64,000 bases of DNA from Chthonomonadales bacterium (GCA_049967475.1 JBMFSQ010000013.1:1-64000), one strand, 5' to 3'. Counted from the stretch's first letter, positions 37,612 through 47,930 are shown. A program made the numbers and translations. The notes: generated by a model from the sequence alone, not told the origin.

Positions 37612-38769
37612 TCACGCACGCATCGCTACGGCAGGTGGTACGGTGGCAGCCCGCAAGGCCGGATAGATTGTGGCCAAGCCCGCCGCCGCGCCTAGACACA
37701 GTCCCGCCTCCAGCACCGGCAGTGCGGCTTGGAGATGCACCCCGGCGCCCGGCGCTATGCCGAGGAACGACGCACACGCTTCCAGCACGAAGCCCCCAGA
37801 CGCGTACGCCAACACAAACCCCGCCAGGGCACCTGCGACACACAAAATCATCCCCTCCACGCCGGTAAGGAGAAATACCTGCAGCCGGGATGCCCCCACA
37901 GCGCGCATCACGGCCAATTCCTGCGCCCGCTCCATTACTGAAGCCATCATCGTATTGAACACCGTGAGCGAAGCAATGACCAACGCAATCAATACCGCGG
38001 TCTCCGCGAAGCTTCGGGCGAGACTTAGAAGGTTGAGGAAGGTCCCCATTACCTCCGTGAGGGTCACCACCTGAGCGCCGCGGATCCGCTGCAGGCGTTC
38101 GGCGGCCTCCGTTATGGCAGCAGGATCCTTGAGGCGAATGGAGATGGCGGTGAGCCGTCCCTTTTGCCCAAAAAGCTTCTGGGCCGTGGGCAGCGGCACA
38201 AAGAAGAGACTGTCGTCACTGCCGCCGGTGCGCAGAAACACCCCGCAAACCCGGAACACCTGCCCGGTGCGCGGATTGGCAAACAAGTCGCCGGGATGCC
38301 GCATCTCCGCCTGGGCTGCATCCCACCCAAGGATGATGCTGTCCGGGCTCGTGAACCACGTGGAACCGGCCCCCAGCCTCAACCACGGCTTCAGCCGAAG
38401 ATAGGCGCCGTCAATCCCAACCCATAAATCGGTCCGCCGTTCGGCGTGGCGAGGGATGGCTCGCGATAGAACGGGAGCGGCCACGGCCACGGCGGGATCA
38501 TGCCGCACGAGGTCGAGTGCGGACGCCGGCAGCGAGGCGTCCAATGCTCTGCCGCGGGCAATCTGCGCAGCGGCATCGTATGGGCAGCCGATCGGAACCA
38601 GCATCAATTCCATCCCGGTATTCTGCATCTCGCGCTGCAGGCTGCGGCGAAATGCGGCATCGCACATCAACACCGCAAAGAGCATCCAGGATGCGGCCGC
38701 CAGACCGCCCAGAGTCAGGAAGCTCCTCAAAGGCTTGTGCGCAATCGCCCGCAGCGCCAAAAGCAGCAC
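37612..38769 (-). CDS. ABC transporter permease (MacB/FtsX-like)
   Basis: PIGCPYDAA; ERAQELAVMRAVGAS; YPALRAATVPP. Confidence 0.9.
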   Translation of the reverse strand: MLLLALRAIAHKPLRSFLTLGGLAAASWMLFAVLMCDAAFRRSLQREMQNTGMELMLVPIGCPYDAAAQIARGRALDASLPASALDLVRHDPAVAVAAPVLSRAIPRHAERRTDLWVGIDGAYLRLKPWLRLGAGSTWFTSPDSIILGWDAAQAEMRHPGDLFANPRTGQVFRVCGVFLRTGGSDDSLFFVPLPTAQKLFGQKGRLTAISIRLKDPAAITEAAERLQRIRGAQVVTLTEVMGTFLNLLSLARSFAETAVLIALVIASLTVFNTMMASVMERAQELAVMRAVGASRLQVFLLTGVEGMILCVAGALAGFVLAYASGGFVLEACASFLGIAPGAGVHLQAALPVLEAGLCLGAAAGLATIYPALRAATVPPAVAMRA

Positions 38770-39414
38770 CTAGACCCCTCCCTGCAGCCTCCCCGTATGG
38801 AACCGCTCGGCGGCATACAGCTCCAAAAGGAGGGCGCGTATCTCCGCAGATACAGCCCGCGCCGTGTCCTCCGCTCCCGGGGACGCAGCAGGCAGATCCG
38901 CTCCAGGGCGAAACGCATCCTGGGCGCTCTTTCCCGCAAATGCCGCCAACCACTTCCCGGAAGCCAGAAGACGTCCTGAAGCGCCGACCTCACGGCTCCG
39001 CTGGATGCGGACCCCGATGATACGGCCCTTGGGATCCACGCCCACCACCACTTCTACCGCCCCGAAGCGACCCGGTGCCCTCCCCGTCACGATGCTTCCT
39101 ACGAAGGCATCACCACGGCGCACCCTGCGCACGTACAATACATTGGCCGGCAGCTCCGCCGTAGGACCGATCGCCTTTACCAACCACGCCCGGGCGCGAC
39201 TCAGCACGAGGATCTCCGTTGAATAGGAAACCCCAGGTCCGAAAAACGCGCGGAGATCCCGCTCCGGATCGCGCCAGGGACAGATGGATGGAACCTGCGC
39301 ATCGTCGTGGTGCACGGCATTCAGGACTTCGGCGGGCTTACCCAAGTTTCCAATCGCAACTATTGCCCAAGCTGCAACAACAACCACAGCCGCGGCTGCC
39401 AGGTAGACGCGCAT
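38770..39414 (-). CDS. Membrane-anchored FMN-binding-like domain protein
   Basis: N-terminal TM; GRFGAVEVVVGVDPKGRIIGVRI..SRE...WLAAFAGK pattern of FMN_bind domains. Confidence 0.65.
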   Translation of the reverse strand: MRVYLAAAAVVVVAAWAIVAIGNLGKPAEVLNAVHHDDAQVPSICPWRDPERDLRAFFGPGVSYSTEILVLSRARAWLVKAIGPTAELPANVLYVRRVRRGDAFVGSIVTGRAPGRFGAVEVVVGVDPKGRIIGVRIQRSREVGASGRLLASGKWLAAFAGKSAQDAFRPGADLPAASPGAEDTARAVSAEIRALLLELYAAERFHTGRLQGGV

Positions 39415-39417
39415 CCG

Positions 39418-39759
39418 TCAGTACCGAACCCCATCGGCAGCCAGTACCGGTTGCCCCGATCCGGTCACCCGACCGCTCACCGTGACCACGGTATTGACAG
39501 GTACATCCGTCACCGTGAAACCCGCCGCCTTCGTGTCCACCTTGATCGCGCCCGTAGCGTCGCGCAGAATGAACCAGCAACCGGCCACAGGGCACTTCTC
39601 GACCATGGCGCCCCGTATGGTCACAGACCGGGGCGACGGCTTGAGGCGACTCACAGGAACGATGGGACCCGGATGCGGATGCCCCAATACCGCCGAACCG
39701 CCGAAGCTGCAGCCGCCCGCGACGGCCACAACCAGCAGAAGAAACGCTTTGTGCAGCAT
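39418..39759 (-). CDS. OB-fold lipoprotein (DUF4920-like)
   Basis: Lipobox VAGGC; VTIRG...CPVAGCWFILRDATG...VTVSGRV. Confidence 0.65.
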   Translation of the reverse strand: MLHKAFLLLVVAVAGGCSFGGSAVLGHPHPGPIVPVSRLKPSPRSVTIRGAMVEKCPVAGCWFILRDATGAIKVDTKAAGFTVTDVPVNTVVTVSGRVTGSGQPVLAADGVRY

Positions 39760-39776
39760 TCCCGAACCCCCTTGCC

Positions 39777-40466
39777 CTACGGAACGGGCCCCACACCGGG
39801 CGCAGCAGGCGGAGAACATTGCGCGGCAATCATCGCCTCGGTGGCAAGCTTGGCATGGCCGTCGCAGAAATAAGCCACGCGCACGGGCCCGCCACTGCGA
39901 TGAAACCAGTAACCGAAGGGATTGTCGCTATGCCACGAATAGATTTCCGCTCCCATGTACGTCTCGGCCGGAAGCGGGATTGCCGCAAGAGTGCCCAAAC
40001 GCGTCATCACCGTATTGAGGCAGTAACTGGTGCCCTCTACCTTCCATACGGGCCGACCTTGAGAAGGGTCATCCGGCACAAGCGCCGTCGGAATGCCGTA
40101 GTCGCTGGGACATGCGAAAATCTGGGTGTTCTTGATATAGGGCATCGCGAAGGGTCTCGGGTCGTAAGCGAGCCCCGTGTTCTTGTTCACCGGCCGGCAT
40201 GGGCGGCACGGAAAGCTGCCCGGCCGCAGGGCCCATTCGCCCGACGGCGCGTTGGGGGAATTGTTGGGCGGAAACGTCTCGTTGTTGTCCTGAACGTACA
40301 TCATCCAGGCCATGCCGAGCTGCTTGACGTTGGATGTGCACGCCGTTCGCCGCGCGCTTTCACGGGCACGGGCGAACACGGGAAACAGGATTGCGGCCAA
40401 AATGGCAATAATCGCAATCACCACGAGCAGTTCGATGAGGGTAAAACCGAAAGATCCTCTCCGCAT
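39777..40466 (-). CDS. Prepilin-type N-terminal cleavage/methylation (DUF1559-type) protein
   Basis: [40 protein letters not shown]-terminal FCDGHAK; GAGGAGG RBS. Confidence 0.93.
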   Translation of the reverse strand: MRRGSFGFTLIELLVVIAIIAILAAILFPVFARARESARRTACTSNVKQLGMAWMMYVQDNNETFPPNNSPNAPSGEWALRPGSFPCRPCRPVNKNTGLAYDPRPFAMPYIKNTQIFACPSDYGIPTALVPDDPSQGRPVWKVEGTSYCLNTVMTRLGTLAAIPLPAETYMGAEIYSWHSDNPFGYWFHRSGGPVRVAYFCDGHAKLATEAMIAAQCSPPAAPGVGPVP

Positions 40467-40540
40467 TCCAGCCTCCTCATTTGGAATAGGTCTCGGGTAC
40501 TGTGTGGGCGATCCCTGGTACCCCTGTACCCGGCGCGGAG

Positions 40541-40590
40541 AGTATAACAGGTGGTTCTTAAATGCGGATTAATATAAGCTGAAATGTTTC
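40541..40590 (-). promoter_or_regulatory. Extended -10 promoter with upstream AT-rich block
   Basis: Minus-strand TGTTATACT (40549-40541) preceded by an AT-rich stretch in a GC-rich background. Confidence 0.45.
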
Positions 40591-40619
40591 TAATGCGCCG
40601 GACCGGGCCGTCTACGCCC

Positions 40620-41744
40620 CTAGCCCTCCCGGTCCCCCTCAGCCGACGTCATACCCTTGGGAAGGAAGTGCTGCACAAAGCGTCCCAGCGCATAGTGGTC
40701 CGTCATCCCTGCAATGAAATCGCATACGGCCTGAGCCCGGCGCTCTATATCCGCATGGCACAGAGACCCATCCCCTTGCATCTCGTTGGGATGGTCCATG
40801 TAATATCGGAACAGGTCACGCACAATTCGCCGGGCTTTCACCAGTTCGCCCATCCCGCGTGCAGGAGCGTGGTACACGCGTTCGAACAGAAACTCCTTCA
40901 ATCGGTCCGTTGCAGCCAAAACCTCGCCGCTCATCCCCACATACGGTTTGCCGGCGCTCTGCCGGATCACGTCTAGGACCATGGTGGCGATGCGTTGGGA
41001 TTGCGTGCGGCCCAAAAGTTGCACACAGTCGGCAGGCACATCGGCGGCAGCGAGGATACCGGCGCGAATGGCATCGTCCAGGTCGTGGTTCACGTATGCG
41101 ATGCGGTCGGCGATGCGCACCACGCGCCCTTCCAGGGTAGAGGGAAGGGTGAGGGCCTCGTCATCCAGGTTCCGGCGGCCCTTGCTGTGCCGTGCGATGC
41201 CGTCACGCACTTCCCACGTGAGGTTGAGCCCAGGGCGGCCGTTATGCGCTTCCAGCACCTCCACCACGCGCAAGCTCTGCTCATAATGCCGGAAGCCTCG
41301 GTTCGGTACGTACTCGCGGTAGACTGCGTCCAGAGCCTCCTCACCCGCGTGGCCGAATGGAGGATGCCCCAGGTCATGCGCTAGGGCGATGGCCTCCGTA
41401 AGATCCTCATTGAGGCGAAGCGCCCGCGCAATAGTCCGGGCAATCTGAGCCACCTCCAGCGTGTGGGTGAGGCGCGTGCGGAAATGGTCCTCCTCGGGGT
41501 CCAGGAATACCTGTGTCTTGGCCTTGAGGCGCCGGAAGGCCTTGGAGTGGATGATGCGGTCGCGATCCCGCTGAAACGCGGTGCGCACCGGGTCCGGCTC
41601 TTCCGGGCGCTTCCTGCCCCGTGAGCGCGCTGATCTGGCCGCCCACTCCGCCAGAAACTCCAGTTCCCATGCCTCCTGGCGCTCCCGCGGAGTAGGAGAA
41701 GCAAATCCCTCGGCGAAATCGGCCGGGGTGCCCGCATCTTCCAT
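40620..41744 (-). CDS. dgt: Deoxyguanosinetriphosphate triphosphohydrolase (HD domain)
   Basis: FQRDRDRIIHSKAFRRL..KTQVF, RTRLTHTLEV, AHDLGHPPFGHAGE, DFIAGMTD. Confidence 0.93.
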   Translation of the reverse strand: MEDAGTPADFAEGFASPTPRERQEAWELEFLAEWAARSARSRGRKRPEEPDPVRTAFQRDRDRIIHSKAFRRLKAKTQVFLDPEEDHFRTRLTHTLEVAQIARTIARALRLNEDLTEAIALAHDLGHPPFGHAGEEALDAVYREYVPNRGFRHYEQSLRVVEVLEAHNGRPGLNLTWEVRDGIARHSKGRRNLDDEALTLPSTLEGRVVRIADRIAYVNHDLDDAIRAGILAAADVPADCVQLLGRTQSQRIATMVLDVIRQSAGKPYVGMSGEVLAATDRLKEFLFERVYHAPARGMGELVKARRIVRDLFRYYMDHPNEMQGDGSLCHADIERRAQAVCDFIAGMTDHYALGRFVQHFLPKGMTSAEGDREG

Positions 41745-41833
41745 GCTGCAACGCTCCATTCGGGGCGAAACGCACCGGCGCCGCCGGCCTCACCGGCTAT
41801 CCCTCGCGGCATCCCGCCATGTTCGGCGCCCTG

Positions 41834-42301
41834 CTAGCCCCGCATCCACTCTACGATCTGCCGCGTGTGGTACCCGTCATGCCCCAGAACCATCGCCGCG
41901 AGAGATCCGATGGTGATGATACCCGTTTCCCGCCGGCCTGTGCGGTCCCATTCTTCCGGTGAAAGAGCTTCCAAAAACCCCACCAGCGCATCCCGCCCGC
42001 GGCAAAACCGATCTCGCTGCACCTCCGGGTCCGAATGGGCGTAGTCGTGGGCTGCTGCGAGCTCACTTTCATCCACGCCCGGCAGGAACGGCTCGGCTTC
42101 CGAAGCCATCCGCCGCATTCGCTCGAGCCACACCACCTCGAAATCCGCCAAGTGGGCCAGGACCTCTCGAATCGTGAACCGTTCCGCATCGGGGCGGCGA
42201 TCCAGCACCGCATCGTCCAATCCCTGGGTGAGATGCTCCACCACGATGGGCGTCGCCCTCAACCCGTGCACAAGGTACGTACGCGTGGCGGACGGCAGCA
42301 T
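41834..42301 (-). CDS. DinB family protein
   Basis: FTIREVLAHLAD...GHDGYH His triad. Confidence 0.88.
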   Translation of the reverse strand: MLPSATRTYLVHGLRATPIVVEHLTQGLDDAVLDRRPDAERFTIREVLAHLADFEVVWLERMRRMASEAEPFLPGVDESELAAAHDYAHSDPEVQRDRFCRGRDALVGFLEALSPEEWDRTGRRETGIITIGSLAAMVLGHDGYHTRQIVEWMRG

Positions 42302-42305
42302 GAGA

Positions 42306-44543
42306 TCACCTCCGAATGTTGAAGTTCTTCAAGCCTATTCTACCTGAGCCGCCGGCCATAGGCGCCGCCTGCCGCACGATCGCCATGGAGTAGGCCCCCA
42401 CCGTCACCACGGGCCCGCGCACCATGCGCCGCGCCGGAGGACGGTTGCGTACAGGGTGGGACTGCTGCCCGCATTCGCGCCAAACGTACTGCCCGCGGCC
42501 ATACGCCAGGATTTCCCACCGCCCCATAAGAGGACGCACCCCGCGGCGAACCGCATCCCGCACCTGAAGACGTATCTTCGCCGGGTGCCGCCTGTCCAGA
42601 TTGATGAACAGGAGCGACCAGCCGCCGCCCGGTCTTCTCAGCGCACATGCCTCCAAAGTGCAGCCTGACTGGGCGCCTGATCCGCGCGGACTTGGCGCCG
42701 GTCCCACGGCGCGGACCTCCACCGGGTATACCGCAAGCCTGGCCTTCGCCGGCGTAGCCCATGCCCTCGTCACGAGGCGGCAGGCCCAATACGCCGCTAC
42801 CGGCTGCGTGGCGCGGCCGGCCCCATCCTCCATCCACAGCAGATTGTTCCCCCAGCTTCCGCCGGCGCGCCTATCCGATCCCTCTGCAATGAGTGTGTTC
42901 GGTTCCAGGCCGAAGAAATAAGCTCCAGACGCCCCCAGCCGCAGAAGACCGCACATCGTTTGAGCAGTAAAAAGCGCCCCGGCAACATCTACCTCCTGCC
43001 TGCACGCAAAGGCCGAATAACCGTACTCCGTTACGTACCACGGAATGCGCGCCGGAACTCCATCGGAAGCGAGCTGCCTCCACACCCGCTGGAGCAATCC
43101 CGCCCCGCCCAGAAGCTGGGTTGCCTCGTTCCGATGCACCTCATCGAAGGGGTACCATTCGAAGCTGAAGAACTGCAACTCCCCCAGGCACCCGCGCCTC
43201 TTCAGATAGGCCACAAAGCCGGCGATCCAACTCCGGGGTCCGTCCGGCGAGGGCCACTTGCGCACTTCACAGGTTACGCTTTCCAGGGACGGCCCTCCCA
43301 CGGGGATGCCGGGAGCCGAAGCGTGGATCGCGCGGGCAAACTGCAGATAGAGCGCCCCATAATCTTCTGGCGCTACATACTGGTGGTCCGGTTCCTCACC
43401 CAGTTCCACCCCACCGATGGAATAGCCCCTTCGCACCAGATATGCAACTTCGGCGGCGGCATCATCAGGGTTTCCATACAAAACAGAAACCGGCACCAGA
43501 AGCCTCGCTCCCGAGACCACGCCGCTCCGAGCCGCCAGGTCCAAGCCGGGCTGCTCCGAGTTGGGGTTTCGGTCCGCAGCCCGGCACCATGGATCGGTAG
43601 ACGATACAAACGCTTCCGTTTGAAGGCGCGCAGACGGCGCATGCCGCACCGCGTCGCGCAGACGGCCCGAGCGCGAGAGTGTCCCGGCGCGGATCTCTCG
43701 AATGGCAAATCCAACGCGATCCCTTGGGTCCTTCGCGGGCGGACCGGCGTACGCCGACGTCCACATGAGGATGCGCAAAAATCGGGTGCGGATCGGATGG
43801 CCGGCCAGGCGAAGCGTCACCGTGCCGCCGTGCCCTGTTCGCACATCGCCGCGAGGAAAGCAGATCCACTCCCCGCAATCGCTCTCGTCTGTGTCCTTCG
43901 GGCTCGCGTACCGCCAGTACTGAACCTGATAATGCACAGCGTGTGGCTCACCCCACGCAAGCGTCACTGCGTCAATAGGCGTGTCCCGCCCGAAATCCAG
44001 TGCCGCCCATTGTGGGTGGACCGAGGCGTCCTCGTGGGTGAAGCACGTGTCCAGATAAGGGTTGCTCTTCCAGAATGTGTTGAGGTCGCCGTCATCCAAC
44101 CGCGAATAACCGCATCCGGCCGCCTGATCCTTGGTGTTCCCACGCCGCGGCAGGCGGTAGCCGAAGCTGATGCGGATCGCCTCGCCCGGTTGCTGCGATC
44201 CTACAAAGTACCCTTCGGAACGATGCGGGCTCGACCAAGCGCCCCGCGGGTTCCAGTGCCATGCCTCGCCCGCCAGCTCTGTCCGCAGGCGGTAGCTGAG
44301 ACACCCGAAGCCCGCAGAACGCATCCGCGCAACGTTGGAAGCCGTAAAGATGCGGGCCGTGTCACCGGCTTCATGACCATCTATGCAGGCGCCGAAGAAC
44401 TCCTGCGGCACGACCCAACGCACCGGCCCCTTCTCTGCGCAGATCGTCGCCCTGTACGACCCGGTTGCCGCCGAAGAAGCCTTACCCGGCATCCATGCAG
44501 TCGCCGCGAACAACAATGTTGCGGGCCAGAGCCTAATCGCCAT
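42306..44543 (-). CDS. Secreted glycoside-hydrolase-like protein with inserted discoidin (F5/8) domain
   Basis: Signal peptide; DGDLNTFW..., PQWAALDFG...YQVQY discoidin; LGEEPD and VTEYG putative catalytic Glu motifs; ORF start trimmed from 44975. Confidence 0.65.
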   Translation of the reverse strand: MAIRLWPATLLFAATAWMPGKASSAATGSYRATICAEKGPVRWVVPQEFFGACIDGHEAGDTARIFTASNVARMRSAGFGCLSYRLRTELAGEAWHWNPRGAWSSPHRSEGYFVGSQQPGEAIRISFGYRLPRRGNTKDQAAGCGYSRLDDGDLNTFWKSNPYLDTCFTHEDASVHPQWAALDFGRDTPIDAVTLAWGEPHAVHYQVQYWRYASPKDTDESDCGEWICFPRGDVRTGHGGTVTLRLAGHPIRTRFLRILMWTSAYAGPPAKDPRDRVGFAIREIRAGTLSRSGRLRDAVRHAPSARLQTEAFVSSTDPWCRAADRNPNSEQPGLDLAARSGVVSGARLLVPVSVLYGNPDDAAAEVAYLVRRGYSIGGVELGEEPDHQYVAPEDYGALYLQFARAIHASAPGIPVGGPSLESVTCEVRKWPSPDGPRSWIAGFVAYLKRRGCLGELQFFSFEWYPFDEVHRNEATQLLGGAGLLQRVWRQLASDGVPARIPWYVTEYGYSAFACRQEVDVAGALFTAQTMCGLLRLGASGAYFFGLEPNTLIAEGSDRRAGGSWGNNLLWMEDGAGRATQPVAAYWACRLVTRAWATPAKARLAVYPVEVRAVGPAPSPRGSGAQSGCTLEACALRRPGGGWSLLFINLDRRHPAKIRLQVRDAVRRGVRPLMGRWEILAYGRGQYVWRECGQQSHPVRNRPPARRMVRGPVVTVGAYSMAIVRQAAPMAGGSGRIGLKNFNIRR

Positions 44544-44548
44544 GCACC

Positions 44549-46594
44549 CTACCAATTGATGGGATAGGGCGTGATGCCGGTGACGCAACCCAGCAGCGTG
44601 GTGAGCCCCCCGGCGATGAAGTCTCCCATGATCATGCCATAAAAGAAGGGGAGTGTGGCGCGGTACAGGCGGATCCCGCCGTACCGAAGCACCAGCACCT
44701 TCGTGAGCCAAGCAAGGAAGAAAGGAAGCCAGATCTGGTTCATCGTAGGCGTGCACGCCATCGCGTACCCCACGGGATGAAAAATCCACCACGTGAAAAT
44801 CGTCCTCAACCCCATCAAGGAAGCGGTAATAAGGAAGCCCGCGACTACGGCCATGAGCCCTGCAAGATCCGGCCGCACCGGTGTCTTGAGGGCATCCGCC
44901 AGTTGATCGAAGGGCTGCCGGCCCATGCTCGTGCGCCACGCATCCGTTTTGGCGCCCGCTCCATAGGTATACCAAATCACCAGCGCAATGGCGAACGAGA
45001 TGGCTACCCCCGCCGCGATCGCCATCACCACCGCCGCCGTAAGGCGCCGCTTGCTCACCCCCACCTCATCAGCCATCTTGTACGCGTCAAACTGGTTCGG
45101 CATGGAAAGACACCGCAGATCGAAGCTCGCCACCGCATTCCGCACATACGCAAGCACGGTTAGATCCGCAGCGGTATATACCGTGGTCCCCAACGTAGTG
45201 GTCATCAGGCGGTAGGCATCCACGTCGGGACCAAATAGCCATGCATTCCCTGTTTCCGCCCGGATGCGGGCCGCGGCAATCATGTACAAAAGCGCCAGCA
45301 CCAGCAAAATGAAGGCGACGGCAGGCCGCATTCCTGCTGCAGAACACCATGCAACGAGCGCTGCTACGCAGATAACGAGCCCGAACAGCGCCACCCGATA
45401 CGGAAGCGGCTCATCCATGTCGGTGAATGTGCCCGTGCCTTCGTCCTTCTTCCGCCCCCTAAAGGCCGTCTGCACCACCTGGCCCAGGTACGTCCGCGAA
45501 AGATACAGCCCTACGAGCGTCAAGGCCAGAAAGGCGCCTGCGCCCTGATGCCCCAGATACGGCCATGCACTTTGCCCGCCCGCCGTGGGCCCCGCCATCC
45601 ATCCCATAGCCGATCCCACAACGGCTTCCACCTTCGCAGCCAACCAAAAGAACCAGCAACTGAAGGTCATCTCCACCGAAAGCAGATAGGCAATCCCGAT
45701 GACGAACGGATAGATCGAGATCGGCGTGGGACCAATGGCGTTGTACGGAGGCGTGTTGAAGAAGGAAGCCAGATCAGGCTGGTCCGCCGTGCGCGTGGGA
45801 AGGTAGGGCACTGTGGGGATATTCAAATGCAAGGTATTCATCACATCCACACAGAACGGGATCGCGAAGCCGATCCAAAGCACCCGGTTCGCCAGCAGGC
45901 TCCCTCCCCGCCGCATCAACTCTACAGGAACAACCACTGTGGGGAAGGCCAGGCGCTCGCGGTCTACCCACTGCCTGCGGAGTATGGCCGTGATGCACAG
46001 GGCTGCAAGGGAGAACAGGATCAAGAAACCTACCCATGCCGTCATAGGGGCCCGCCACGCGCCCCACGGCACTTGGGAGTTGCCCACGTAGAAGCCGTAC
46101 AATGCCCGAGGATCCCTCAACGCGAGCCAGTCTGGGATGTACCGGTGAAAGAGCGAAGCCCATCCATTGCTCGAATTGGCATAGTAGAAGGCCGCTGTGA
46201 TGGTGGGAACAATAAAGTGAATGCCGCCCGATGAAGAGATCACCGTGGACACCGTCATCATCACATAGATCACCAGGAGCTCACCCTGGGTGAAGGCATG
46301 CCGAGGCAGCCACCGCAATACAAGAAGGTTCACCACCACCAAGGCGAAAAGAACGTTGAACGCACCCACCGGTATGCTGGTATTGGCTAGGGCGGTATGC
46401 CCTCGCCCTCCGAGCACCAGTTCCGCATAGTGGATCCAAAGATCCGTAAACGCCGTAAGCACCAGTCCAAGAAGCACCGCCCGAAGGCTCACTGCATGCC
46501 TGCGCCCCTCTTCGAGACGCGCATCGGGTCCCGAACTCCCAGATGGCGCGTGGTGAAGACCAACCCGGTTTCCCGAGCTCTGTTGGGAACTCAT
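44549..46594 (-). CDS. Polytopic membrane protein (DUF6785/DUF6784-like, putative transporter)
   Basis: ELLVIYVMM, RRQWVDRERLAFP, WWIFHPVGYA, KVLVLRYGG...PFFYGMIMGD; many TMs. Confidence 0.7.
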   Translation of the reverse strand: MSSQQSSGNRVGLHHAPSGSSGPDARLEEGRRHAVSLRAVLLGLVLTAFTDLWIHYAELVLGGRGHTALANTSIPVGAFNVLFALVVVNLLVLRWLPRHAFTQGELLVIYVMMTVSTVISSSGGIHFIVPTITAAFYYANSSNGWASLFHRYIPDWLALRDPRALYGFYVGNSQVPWGAWRAPMTAWVGFLILFSLAALCITAILRRQWVDRERLAFPTVVVPVELMRRGGSLLANRVLWIGFAIPFCVDVMNTLHLNIPTVPYLPTRTADQPDLASFFNTPPYNAIGPTPISIYPFVIGIAYLLSVEMTFSCWFFWLAAKVEAVVGSAMGWMAGPTAGGQSAWPYLGHQGAGAFLALTLVGLYLSRTYLGQVVQTAFRGRKKDEGTGTFTDMDEPLPYRVALFGLVICVAALVAWCSAAGMRPAVAFILLVLALLYMIAAARIRAETGNAWLFGPDVDAYRLMTTTLGTTVYTAADLTVLAYVRNAVASFDLRCLSMPNQFDAYKMADEVGVSKRRLTAAVVMAIAAGVAISFAIALVIWYTYGAGAKTDAWRTSMGRQPFDQLADALKTPVRPDLAGLMAVVAGFLITASLMGLRTIFTWWIFHPVGYAMACTPTMNQIWLPFFLAWLTKVLVLRYGGIRLYRATLPFFYGMIMGDFIAGGLTTLLGCVTGITPYPINW

Positions 46595-46676
46595 CCTGTC
46601 CGCTCCGCCTTCCCGAAGCCCGCCCTCCCGCCACACCGAATGCGGATGCACACGCGGTCCGGCAGGCGGGCCGCTC

Positions 46677-47930
46677 CTACATCATGCCGAGTTCCAGGCA
46701 TCGGAGGATGGGCTCCACGTGGTGCAGGTTGTTGAGCAGAGGTTCCGTGTAGCGGATGGCCCCGTACTCGGCCCCGCCGATGTGATGCTCCCTTCCTACG
46801 TGATTGTTCCAGTCCACCCCTTCGGTAAGGAAGCCGTGGGGACCATAGTGGTGCTTCGCCATGGCGCGAAGAACCGTGCAAGCGCGGCGGCAGTAATTTA
46901 AGCGCTTCGTGCCTTCGTAGGCTTCCAGATAGGCCAGAGCGATCTCGGCATTCTCCCAAAAGTACGCCGTGTCCCACGTGTCCTCCATATAGAAAAGCCC
47001 CATGGTCTCCACACCGTTGCGGTTGTCGCGCAGAAGGAAGCGCTCCAGCCCCGCAAGAGCATTGACATAGGCAAACTCCTCCATAGCAGGGTCGCCAAAG
47101 AAGCGGGCAGCCCGGCGCAGCACGCGAAAGGCTTCCGCTCGAGACACGTTCTCGTCCGCATCATAGGTGTCATGGTTGATGGATCCGTAAATGCCGCCTC
47201 TTTGAATGAAGGTGTCCAGGCCCTTGCGCGCTTCAGCCGCCGTGTCCGCCAACCCGCGCTGGGCCAACTCCAAAAAGAGCCAAATCAGATACAGCCCGTC
47301 TCCACTCGCCCCGAATACGGGATCCTGGCCGCCTTCCGCCCCCTGGCGATAATGCGCTCCCTCAGGCGTACATCGCCTGGGATACCAACCATCCACAAGC
47401 TCCACATGCCTCAATACCCACTCGGCATACCGCACTGCAGCTTCTATGAGGCGTCCTGGGCGAACATCGGAGGGCGGCAGAAGCTCTGCCATGTCGAGCA
47501 TCTGAAGCGCCACCCGGGCCCCAGAACCCGGGCAAAACCACTCATTCGTGTGCTTGAAATTCAAGCAGATGCGGTCCGTGCGCGTGTCCCGGTACCCCAA
47601 AATGAGGCCGCTCCCGTCCAGAAACCCATCTTCCAGGACGTGATCCAGCAAACCCAGGGCCACGTGCTCCAGCACCGGGCTGTGATCGAAGGCGGCCCAC
47701 CGGTACAGCAACAGAGCTCCCCCAACAGCATTGGCCGCCCACCCTGGTCCTTCCAGAGATCCGAAGTCGTGCCAGTACTGGGGTCGGCCCTCCACGTCAA
47801 CAAAGGACGACACCGCCCTCCACACGCCCCGATGGGGTTCCAAACAACGGTGGGCGAAGCACACGGAGGCCCGCGCGCTGTCCACCAGCGTGTATTCCGG
47901 ATCTTCCGGCAGGTAGGGATCGGCTTCCAT
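46677..47930 (-). CDS. Hypothetical protein, possible six-hairpin glycosidase-like fold
   Basis: Helical Trp/Tyr/Glu-rich protein (EGPGWAANAVGGA, WDTAYFWENAE, GFLTEGVDW); the N-terminal half of ORF 46677..49022 is antisense shadow of DUF1015. Confidence 0.55.
   Translation of the reverse strand: MEADPYLPEDPEYTLVDSARASVCFAHRCLEPHRGVWRAVSSFVDVEGRPQYWHDFGSLEGPGWAANAVGGALLLYRWAAFDHSPVLEHVALGLLDHVLEDGFLDGSGLILGYRDTRTDRICLNFKHTNEWFCPGSGARVALQMLDMAELLPPSDVRPGRLIEAAVRYAEWVLRHVELVDGWYPRRCTPEGAHYRQGAEGGQDPVFGASGDGLYLIWLFLELAQRGLADTAAEARKGLDTFIQRGGIYGSINHDTYDADENVSRAEAFRVLRRAARFFGDPAMEEFAYVNALAGLERFLLRDNRNGVETMGLFYMEDTWDTAYFWENAEIALAYLEAYEGTKRLNYCRRACTVLRAMAKHHYGPHGFLTEGVDWNNHVGREHHIGGAEYGAIRYTEPLLNNLHHVEPILRCLELGMM

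Noticed and set aside
40555..40595. Fur/Zur box upstream of the DUF1559 operon
   Set aside because: AT-rich, but only one weak half-site (AATGCGGAT) and no convincing palindrome
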